Source: a virus. Taken from it: 64,000 bases of DNA. Below the pieces are notes generated by a model. The model was not told where the DNA came from, ran no database searches, and saw only the letters and a list, made by a program, of their open reading frames with translations. The stretch is from IMG/VR virus record IMGVR_UViG_3300044691_000566, positions 64,001 through 128,000 of that record, one strand, 5' to 3'. A program made the position numbers and the translations under genes. Below are positions 39,630 through 47,236 of this stretch, one piece after another (within the stretch, counting starts at the first letter, position 1; each line of letters begins with the position of its first letter).

Positions 39630-41024
39630 ATGACGACACCGCCCGGATACTCGGGGCAGGAGATCGACACCGAGGGCGTATACGGCAACGCGGGTGCTGC
39701 TCCTCGGGGTACCCAGAACCTGGTCTCCAACACGGAGACCGCCACCCCGGCCGGTGCCGCATACGGTGGCGGCGCCAACGTCGTGACCGGCGGCACCCTC
39801 ACCGGCACCCCGGACACCGAGGGGATCGGCACGGGCGCCAACGGCCCGTACGTGCCCAACCCGCCGCCGCTGCTCACCGGCACCCTGGACACCCAGACCC
39901 TGGGCTGGCCGCTGACCTCCGGGGTCACCCAGGCGTACCGGGCCCCCAACACCACCATCGGCCTGGTCGGTGCGGCCGGTGCGTTCGACACCACCCGCAC
40001 CGACACCCCGATCACCGACGGCTCGATCCGCAACGACTACCAGCAGAACCTGAGCGGCACCCTGGAGTCGGGCAACATCGGCGCCATCGGCCCCGTCAGT
40101 GCCCTCGTGCCGGTCGCCCCCTCCGGCACCCCCACGGTGGCCGCAGGCGCCCGTACCGCGACCGTGACGTGGTCCACGGTGGCCGACCCGGACGCCACGG
40201 CGCCCGTGCTCGGATACGTGATCATCGGCTCCACGGGCGGCACCACGTACACGGGCCGGGGCGTCACCACCGCCGTGGTGACCAACCTGGTCCCCGACCT
40301 GCCGTACTCGTTCCAGGTGCTGGCCCGGAACCGCAACGGCAACGGCCCGCTGGGCACCGCCTCCGCCACGGTGACGCCGTACAACCCGGACGAGCCGGAC
40401 GTCGGCAAGCCCGGCGGCCTGGACCCGTACTGGGCCCAGAACCCGATCTACGGCCCCGACGGCACCGTGAAGGCGGGCTCGGGCCTCGCGGGACGCCCCG
40501 CCGCGCCCACGAGCGTCGTCCTGACCGGCAATGGCACCGTGGGCGGCGTGGTGGCCACCTGGGTTGCCCCGGCGACCGGCGGCACCGTGAGCAGCTACAC
40601 CGTCACCCTGTCCTCGGGACAGACCAAGTCGGTGTCGGCCAGCACCCTGACGACCACCTTCACCGGGGTCGCCAACGCCACCGCGATCACCGCGACGGTC
40701 ACCTCGGTGGGTTCGGTGGCCAACGCCACCTCCACGGCTTCGGCTGTCTTCGGCAAGCCCACGGCCCCGGCGGCTCCCACCGCCACCAGCCCGTCGGCGG
40801 GCACCATCCACGTGGTGTGGACCGCCCCGACTTCGGGCGCCCCGATCAACTACATCGTCACCCTCGCCGGTCAGGACACCACCTCCCACACGGTGGCGGG
40901 CACCATCTTGACCAACGACTTCACCGCCCTGACCACCGGCCACGTCGACACCGTCACGGTGGGGGCGCAGGGGTCGGTGTCCACCACCACCTCGGCCGCC
41001 TCCGGCAACGTCACCGTCACCTGA
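39630..41024 (+). CDS. fibronectin type III repeat virion protein
   Basis: PSGTPTV..ATVTW..Y..TNLVPDLPYSFQVLARN; three FN3-like repeats. Confidence 0.8.
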   Translation: MTTPPGYSGQEIDTEGVYGNAGAAPRGTQNLVSNTETATPAGAAYGGGANVVTGGTLTGTPDTEGIGTGANGPYVPNPPPLLTGTLDTQTLGWPLTSGVTQAYRAPNTTIGLVGAAGAFDTTRTDTPITDGSIRNDYQQNLSGTLESGNIGAIGPVSALVPVAPSGTPTVAAGARTATVTWSTVADPDATAPVLGYVIIGSTGGTTYTGRGVTTAVVTNLVPDLPYSFQVLARNRNGNGPLGTASATVTPYNPDEPDVGKPGGLDPYWAQNPIYGPDGTVKAGSGLAGRPAAPTSVVLTGNGTVGGVVATWVAPATGGTVSSYTVTLSSGQTKSVSASTLTTTFTGVANATAITATVTSVGSVANATSTASAVFGKPTAPAAPTATSPSAGTIHVVWTAPTSGAPINYIVTLAGQDTTSHTVAGTILTNDFTALTTGHVDTVTVGAQGSVSTTTSAASGNVTVT

Positions 41025-41033
41025 TCCGGCCGC

Positions 41034-41068
41034 GAGGAGCCCCGTACACCGCGTACGGGGCTCCTCGT
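41034..41068 (+). terminator. hairpin terminator
   Basis: CGAGGAGCCCCGTAC/GTACGGGGCTCCTCG. Confidence 0.6.
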
Positions 41069-41161
41069 ACCGCTGCCGGTCGTCGCATCATGCGGTCCTG
41101 TCGGGCGCCCCCGGTCCCCCCGGAAGGGTTGAAGGCCACCACCCAGCGGATCGGGAGCGGA

Positions 41162-41809
41162 ATGTCCACCACCAGCCAGCACGTGGGATACAAGATCCCG
41201 GATGGGTCGGACCCCTTCCTGCGGACCGACTTCGTCCAGAACCTCAACCTCCAGGACCAGTACACGGGCGACTGGATCTGCACGAGCACCACCCGACCGG
41301 CCTGGGGCAGCGGCCAGGCGGGCATGAAGATCGTCGAGACGGACACCCGCCGCACCCTGATGTGGACCGGCACCACGTTCCGGGAGATGCTCTACGGCCC
41401 CGCCGTCTGGTGGGGCTCCATCCGCCCCAACGCGACCATCTCCCACGGCACGGTGGTGTCCTACACCGTCGGCACGTTCACCGTGAACCGCCCCGGCACG
41501 CTGCTCGGGTTCGCCAACACCGAGTACGCGATGCCCAACACCGGCTACATCGGCGCCTCCACCCGCGTCACCATCGACGGCGCGGTGGCGAGCTGGGACA
41601 CCTCCGGCGTCGACTTCATTGAGACCAACTTCCCCAGCGGCGGCACCGACTTCTGGGGCGTCACCATCCCGGCCATGGGCGTCCGCAACATATCCGCCGG
41701 AACCCACTCGGTCGGCATCCAGATCCTGGGCACCGTCACCGGCACCAACACCCTCAAGATCGTCTCCAACCGCACGCTGGCCATGTTCGTCAACGCGACC
41801 GACCGCTAG
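41162..41809 (+). CDS. putative minor tail/fibre protein
   Basis: TSTTRPAW...GMKIVETDT motif; after late motif. Confidence 0.55.
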   Translation: MSTTSQHVGYKIPDGSDPFLRTDFVQNLNLQDQYTGDWICTSTTRPAWGSGQAGMKIVETDTRRTLMWTGTTFREMLYGPAVWWGSIRPNATISHGTVVSYTVGTFTVNRPGTLLGFANTEYAMPNTGYIGASTRVTIDGAVASWDTSGVDFIETNFPSGGTDFWGVTIPAMGVRNISAGTHSVGIQILGTVTGTNTLKIVSNRTLAMFVNATDR

Positions 41810-41818
41810 GACCGCCAC

Positions 41819-42688
41819 ATGGCGCTCTTCTGGAACGACCGGCAGTACGTCTCCCAGTACGCGGTGGACGTGGTGGGCATCCACCTGCTCCGCAACCAGG
41901 TCCCGGTGGACGCCGACTCCGGCGTCGCCCTCACCATGGTCTCGGAGAACACCGGCAGCGAGGTCTTCTCCCGCGCCGCCACCCACAACGCGACCGGCGA
42001 CTACTCGGCGTCGTTCAACAGCGTGGAGACCTCTGTCCCCGGGTCCTACACGCTGGCGTGGACCTACGTCCTGACCGGGCAGCCGGAGTACCTGGAGTCC
42101 GGCATCGAGGTCGGCCCGGCTGCCCCCTCGTACGACAATCTCGCGCCGGGGATGAAGGACATCGTGGAGGGGGTCATGATCCGCATCGCGGACACCATCG
42201 ACTCCCCGGGCGGTGGCCCGAATTTGTTGACATATGTCCAGAGCAAGTTCGGCCGGGGCCGGATCGCCGAGCTGATGCGGATCGCCCTGGGCCGCCTCAA
42301 CACGGTCGCCCAGCCCCATCAGACCTACACCCTGGACGGCAATGGGGGCGCCACCTTCCCCTTCGCCCAGTGGGGTCCGCTGCTGGAGGCCGTGACCTGG
42401 GCGGAGACGCTCAAGCATCTGATCCGCAGCTACAACGAGCAGCCGAACTTCATCGGCTCCGGCAACATCTCCCGCCTGGACCGCCGGGACTACGTCCAGC
42501 GCTGGCGCGACTCCCTCATGGACGAGGAGGCCGCGATCAAGGGGCAGCTCGATGTCTTCAAGATCGCGTCCATGGGCCTGGGCCGACCGGCTGTGCTGAT
42601 TTTCGGGGGCGTCTATGGTCGGTACGGGCCCACTCGCATGTCGGGTAGCGTGGCCGCGCGGCCCCGTTACTGGACGAGATTCTACTAA
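41819..42688 (+). CDS. putative head-tail adaptor/neck protein
   Basis: synteny; helical C-half. Confidence 0.5.
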   Translation: MALFWNDRQYVSQYAVDVVGIHLLRNQVPVDADSGVALTMVSENTGSEVFSRAATHNATGDYSASFNSVETSVPGSYTLAWTYVLTGQPEYLESGIEVGPAAPSYDNLAPGMKDIVEGVMIRIADTIDSPGGGPNLLTYVQSKFGRGRIAELMRIALGRLNTVAQPHQTYTLDGNGGATFPFAQWGPLLEAVTWAETLKHLIRSYNEQPNFIGSGNISRLDRRDYVQRWRDSLMDEEAAIKGQLDVFKIASMGLGRPAVLIFGGVYGRYGPTRMSGSVAARPRYWTRFY

Positions 42689-42815
42689 AACCGGACATTA
42701 CGGCCATGATAGGGTCAGGTCCTGCAAGGCACGGCAGGGCTAGGCGAGGTCTGGCAGGGTACGGCTGGGCACGGCAGGGGGAGGGCGATCACCTACGGGT
42801 GGTCGCCCTCCGTTG

Positions 42816-42931
42816 TTGACAGATCCAGTAGGACATGACAGAGTCAAGTCGTCCTCATTCACCTGGGGCGGGCGTCGGTCGATCCGTGGTGCTCCCTTTC
42901 GCAACAAGGGCACGGATTGACCGACGTCTTT
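42816..42931 (+). ncRNA. putative non-repeat structured sRNA driven by the same promoter type
   Basis: TTGACA-N17-CAGAGT then 18-bp stem 42871-42888/42911-42928. Confidence 0.45.
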
Positions 42932-43090
42932 GTACTCCCGTCGGTAACCCTGATAGAGTCAAGTCCTCGGCACGGCTAGGTAGGGCAGGGTTTGGTAGGG
43001 CAGGGAGAAGGGGTCCTCTACGGAGGACCCCTTCGTTTTGCCCCCGCAGGCCCGGTAGAGTCCGGCCTCCACCGTCAGAGAGGACCCTCA

Positions 43091-43300
43091 ATGCCCGACA
43101 GCGAGATCATCAGGGACTGGTACACCTCCAGCGCCTGCGGGGCGAACAACTCCTGCCTGGAGGCCCGCACTTACGCCGACGGGTCGGTCGAGATCCGCAA
43201 CTCCCAGGACCCGAAGGGCACCCTCCTCCGGTTCACCGAGGACGAATGGTCCGCCTTCCTCGTGGGCGCCCGCGCCGGGGAGTTTTCCACCGGGGCATGA
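43091..43300 (+). CDS. DUF397 family protein
   Basis: WYTSSAC..NSCLEA...VEIRNSQDP..LRFT..EWSAFL.G...GEF. Confidence 0.85.
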   Translation: MPDSEIIRDWYTSSACGANNSCLEARTYADGSVEIRNSQDPKGTLLRFTEDEWSAFLVGARAGEFSTGA

Positions 43301-43402
43301 CCTGATAGAGTCAAGTCCTCGGCTAGGCATGGCGGGGCTCGGCTTGGCACGGCAGGGAGAAGGGGTCCACTACGGTGGACCCCTTCGTCGTTGGGAGGAC
43401 GG

Positions 43403-43582
43403 ATGCGCATCGGTCAGGAGCCGCCCCGGCGGGAGAAGCTGCGGGGCTACGTGATCACCGGCTGCATCAAGTGCGGCGGCCGGTCCAAGTGGATCCGGCG
43501 TGGACCGCACGACTGCTGCTTGCGCAAGGACATGAGCCGGGCCCGGGAGAAGCAGGAATGGCGCCGGACCCTCAGGGATTGA
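43403..43582 (+). CDS. small basic Cys-containing protein
   Basis: GGAGG RBS; CIKC; stop overlaps unit E4 promoter. Confidence 0.5.
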   Translation: MRIGQEPPRREKLRGYVITGCIKCGGRSKWIRRGPHDCCLRKDMSRAREKQEWRRTLRD

Positions 43583-43928
43583 TAGAGTCAAGTCCCTGGC
43601 AAGGCTGGCCAAGGCCCGGTAGGGCACGGCTTGGCCCGGCAGGGCAGGGAGAAGAGCCCCACTACGGTGGGGCTCTTCGTCGTTGACGGACCCCGCAGTT
43701 CATGACAGAGTCAAGTCCTGCATGGCCGGGCGGGACGTGGCGCGGTGTGGCATGGCTAGGTAGGGCCGGGCAGGGCATGGGCTGTGGAGATGGGGCCTCT
43801 TTCGGGAGGCCCCATCGTCTTGATAGAGTCAAGTCCCTGGCTGGGCTTGGTATGGCTGGGCTTGGCGTGGTGAGGCATGGCAGGGGGAGAGGGCCCGGAT
43901 TTTTAAATCCGGGCCCTCCGCCATATGG

Positions 43929-43958
43929 TTGACACTCCAGGAATCCTTGGAGTACAGT
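43929..43958 (+). promoter_or_regulatory. sigma70-type promoter of RAMP-like gene
   Basis: TTGACA-N18-TACAGT. Confidence 0.7.
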
Positions 43959-43996
43959 CACCTTCGCCAGAGAACGCCGAGCCCCAGGGAGGGCCC

Positions 43997-44575
43997 ATGC
44001 AGGTCCGTTTGACTCTTACCGGAACCACATCGCTGCTCATGCACAACGCGCGGCTGTCCGACCCGTTGGACCCCTACACCAAGATGCTCAAGGCCATCTC
44101 CTCCAAGCGCACCAAGACGGAGGACGACCACGACGACATGGCGCGCGTCGAATTCCTCGGCGGCCTGTACTTCGACCCGGAGGCCGGGCCGTACGTTCCC
44201 GGCGTCAACGTCCACCGCTGCCTGGTGGAGGGCGCCAAGCTCAACAAGCTGGGCCGCCACGTGGAGCGCGGCATCATCGCCCTGGACGAGATCTGCCCGC
44301 TGGGCTACGCGGGGCCGCGCACGGAGGAGGCGCTGTGGAAGGACAAAAACTTCGTCTCCCGGCTGTCCGTCGGCGTCACCACCTCGCGCGTCATGCGCAC
44401 GCGCCCCGAATTCCCGGTGTGGGGCCTGGAGGCCGACATGCTGGTGGACACCGGCCAGCTCGACCTGGAGCAGGTCCGCACCATCGCCGAGAAGTCCGGA
44501 CAGATGATCGGTCTCGGCGACTACCGTCCCCGGTTCGGGCGATTCACCGTCGAGGTCGTCGAACTCCAGGGCTGA
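43997..44575 (+). CDS. RAMP/Cas7-like RRM protein, putative effector of the GGY-NN RNAs
   Basis: N-terminal strand LTLTGTTSLLMHN, PYVPGVNVHRCL (cf. RAMP IPGSxxKG), C-terminal G-rich loop GLGDYRPRFGRF. Confidence 0.7.
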   Translation: MQVRLTLTGTTSLLMHNARLSDPLDPYTKMLKAISSKRTKTEDDHDDMARVEFLGGLYFDPEAGPYVPGVNVHRCLVEGAKLNKLGRHVERGIIALDEICPLGYAGPRTEEALWKDKNFVSRLSVGVTTSRVMRTRPEFPVWGLEADMLVDTGQLDLEQVRTIAEKSGQMIGLGDYRPRFGRFTVEVVELQG

Positions 44576-44614
44576 TCCCGCCAGAATCTGTACCACCGAA
44601 CAGAAGGAGGACGA

Positions 44615-45178
44615 ATGGCCGCCAAGCCGTTCGAGCCCAAGGGCGATGTCGCCCGCTGGGTCCCCGTCTACGAGAATCTGCGCGACCTGGAGCCGGGGGT
44701 GCTGGTCACGTACGAGCAGCTCTCGGAGTGGGCCGGAGTCGATGTCCGGCGCGACCGCAGCCCCCTCGTGCAGGCCGAGGACAAGCTCCTGAAGGAGCAC
44801 GGGCGCGGCGTCGCCAACGAGCGGGGCGTGGGGTACCGGATCATGCTGGCCTCCGAACACGGTGAGGCCGCCCGGCGCCAGACCCGGAAGGCCGACCGCC
44901 GGATCAGGAAGGCCATAACCCTTCTGACCGTGGCCGACCGCAATCACCTGACCCCGCAGCAGCGGCAGAAGTACGAGAGTCAGGCCGGGGCTCTCCAGGC
45001 CGTCCGGGACATGACCAACCGCCTGGCGCGGCGGACGGCCGCGCTGGAGGAGGGTCTGAAAGCGGTCCGTCGGGAGACCAAGGAGACCACGGCCGGTCTG
45101 TCCGACCGCTTGGAGCGGCTGGAGGCCCGGTTCGCGAACGTTCCGGGCGATGCCCCGGCGGACAGCACCACGACCTGA
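44615..45178 (+). CDS. winged-HTH-like + coiled-coil protein co-transcribed with RAMP-like gene
   Basis: VTYEQLSEWAG...NERGVGYRI; long amphipathic helix. Confidence 0.6.
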   Translation: MAAKPFEPKGDVARWVPVYENLRDLEPGVLVTYEQLSEWAGVDVRRDRSPLVQAEDKLLKEHGRGVANERGVGYRIMLASEHGEAARRQTRKADRRIRKAITLLTVADRNHLTPQQRQKYESQAGALQAVRDMTNRLARRTAALEEGLKAVRRETKETTAGLSDRLERLEARFANVPGDAPADSTTT

Positions 45179-45193
45179 TAAGGTCACCCCCAT

Positions 45194-45211
45194 CGGGATT
45201 TTAAAATCCCG
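45194..45211. promoter_or_regulatory. perfect palindrome CGGGATTTTAAAATCCCG
   Basis: 18-bp palindrome; core recurs about 9 times in window. Confidence 0.55.
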
Positions 45212-45309
45212 CACAGACGACAGGCCCGTTCATGGGGAACGGGCCTGTCGTCATGTCCGGAGTCCTCCAAGCCCGGCGAAGAGGTGAAACCGCACCTCTG
45301 GAGGACGTC

Positions 45310-47082
45310 GTGCCGTACACCGTCACCCTCAACCCCGGGCTGGTCGATGTGGCGCTGCCCGGCGGCGTCCTGGCCCAGGGCAGCCACTCCTACACCTTGA
45401 CGGACGAGCAGTTCCTGATGCTGAGCCCCACGGCCGCAGCAGTGCTGTTCTCCGCCTCCGGCCAGACCGGCGGGGGCTCGGCCTGGTCGATCGACCCCAC
45501 CGCCTACGGCGCCAAGGGGGACGGCAAGATCGTCACCGACGGCGCCATGACCTCCGGGTCCGCTGTCCTGACTTGCGCCACGTCGACCCCTTTCGTCTCG
45601 GCGGATGCCACCGCAGGCAAGCTGGTCATGGTCAAGGGCGCCGGGCCCAACGGCGTGACCTGCCTGATCACCACGGTCAAGACCTTCACCGACTCCGGGC
45701 ACGTGGTGCTCAACGCCAGCGCCGCCACCACGATCAGCAACGCCCTGGTCATGTGGGCCACGGACGACACGGTGGCCTTCCAGGCGGCCATCGACGCCGC
45801 CGTGGCGTACGGCCTGGCGCACAGCTACACCGCGACCATCAAGGTCCCGGCGGCCACCGGCCGGTTCTACGGCATCGGCGGGGCCCTGAAGACCGGCGGC
45901 GCCACCAAGGGCAACAGCCAGCTCACGCTGCCGGTGGTGCCCACCACCGGGGACAAGCTGACCATCGTCTTCGACGGTCCGGGGGACAGCTCCGCCGTGC
46001 AGCACTGGCAGCAGCTCGTCCCGCAGACCGGCGGCGCCACCCTGGTCAGCTTCTTCGTGCACGCCTCGTCGTCGGCGCAGATCACCAGCATCAACAACGG
46101 CGGCAACTCCGCTGTCATCGGCGGCCCGTCCCAGCCGGGCGGCTTCGGCGTCAACCCGGGCGTCTACACCAACGTCAACGCGGTCTTCCGCAACCTCTCG
46201 ATCCTGACCAGCCACAGCGCCTTCGGCCTGACCCTGAGCGCGCTGGACCTGTCCGGCATCGCCAACGCCAGCCTGGAGAACTTCGCCTACGGCACCGCCG
46301 GATCGGTCACCGGCACCGACTACGTGAGTCCCGGGGTCTTCGCGACGGGCCTGTCCATCGGCCTGTTGATGCCCGCCTCCGGCAACAACGACAACTGCGT
46401 GGTCCGCAATGTGACCTGTCACGGCGGGTTCACGTACGGGTTTTTCGCCACCGAGCACTGCGACATCTCCGCGATGCGCATCCTGTACTGCTGGGCGGCC
46501 TTCTGCCCGGTCGGCACCTACTACAGCTCGGTCGGCTCCACGCACGCCATCGTCGCCACCAATCTGAGCATCGAGTCGTGCACCTACGTCCTCTACGTCA
46601 TCGGCGCGGGCGGTGGCGGCCTGGGGCCCTTCCTGCACCTGAGGATCGACACGGAGACCTCCACCCCCCGGTTCGGCGACAACAACGGTGGTGTCGGCCT
46701 GGCCGCCGCACGCGGGGACGTCTACCTGAGCGGCCTCTACACGGCGGCGTCGCTGACCCTGGACAACCCGGTGGGCTTCGACATCATCGACGGCCAGCGG
46801 TCCTACCCGGTGATCTCGGTCGCGGCCAACTACGCCGTGCTGACCACCGACGAGGTGATCCAGGTGGACTGCACGGCAGCCGCCCGGACCGTCACGCTGC
46901 CGACGGCCGTGGGCCGCAACCGCCGGATCCTGATCACCAAGATCGACTCCAGTGCCAACGCGGTGGTCGTCGCCACCACGGGGGGACAGACCGTCAACGG
47001 TGCTGCCCCGGCGACCATCACCGGTCAGTGGACCTCGAAGGAGTACTTCCCCACCCCGGCCGGGGTATGGATCGCCCGATGA
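45310..47082 (+). CDS. second tail spike/fibre with beta-helix domain
   Basis: DPTAYGAKGDG, DDTVAFQAAIDAA; C-terminal VTLPTA...KIDSSAN fibre motif. Confidence 0.75.
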   Translation: MPYTVTLNPGLVDVALPGGVLAQGSHSYTLTDEQFLMLSPTAAAVLFSASGQTGGGSAWSIDPTAYGAKGDGKIVTDGAMTSGSAVLTCATSTPFVSADATAGKLVMVKGAGPNGVTCLITTVKTFTDSGHVVLNASAATTISNALVMWATDDTVAFQAAIDAAVAYGLAHSYTATIKVPAATGRFYGIGGALKTGGATKGNSQLTLPVVPTTGDKLTIVFDGPGDSSAVQHWQQLVPQTGGATLVSFFVHASSSAQITSINNGGNSAVIGGPSQPGGFGVNPGVYTNVNAVFRNLSILTSHSAFGLTLSALDLSGIANASLENFAYGTAGSVTGTDYVSPGVFATGLSIGLLMPASGNNDNCVVRNVTCHGGFTYGFFATEHCDISAMRILYCWAAFCPVGTYYSSVGSTHAIVATNLSIESCTYVLYVIGAGGGGLGPFLHLRIDTETSTPRFGDNNGGVGLAAARGDVYLSGLYTAASLTLDNPVGFDIIDGQRSYPVISVAANYAVLTTDEVIQVDCTAAARTVTLPTAVGRNRRILITKIDSSANAVVVATTGGQTVNGAAPATITGQWTSKEYFPTPAGVWIAR

Positions 47083-47084
47083 CC

Positions 47085-47170
47085 TGATAGAGTCAGGGCC
47101 TCGGTATGGCTGGGCCGGGCTCGGCTGGTCGGGGCATGGCAGGGGAGGCCCCCACTTCGGTGGGGGCCTC
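47085..47170 (+). ncRNA. GGY-NN repeat small RNA unit F (orphan)
   Basis: TGATAGAGTCAGGGCCTC + 8 pentamers (AT TG CG TC TG GG AT AG; one GTC variant) + hairpin. Confidence 0.8.
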
Positions 47171-47236
47171 AGCCGTGTCCGGGGTCCGGCGAGCCCGGTG
47201 AAGGGGTGAAGAGATCCCCTTGACCCGGAGGCCGAC

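Larger units (their letters stand above)
42707..43918 (+). ncRNA. array of six GGY-NN repeat small RNA units (E1-E6) upstream of RAMP-like gene
   Basis: units 42707-42810, 42951-43034, 43303-43386, 43580-43678, 43703-43816, 43821-43918. Confidence 0.85.

Noticed and set aside
42848-42857. 10-nt complementarity of the structured sRNA 5' end to TGAGGACGAC upstream of the endolysin (28951-28960)
   Set aside because: Short GC-rich match of a common codon string; plausibly chance.
37610-43918. Calling the repeat arrays a canonical CRISPR array
   Set aside because: No identical 23-47 nt direct repeats with unique contiguous spacers. Variation is interleaved every 5 nt, each unit has its own promoter and terminator, and no cas1/cas2 is present.
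42707-43958. Self-targets of the NN strings in the phage's own promoters or AT palindrome
   Set aside because: Spot checks by eye with one-base gaps found no match; an exhaustive search was not possible, so no target is claimed.
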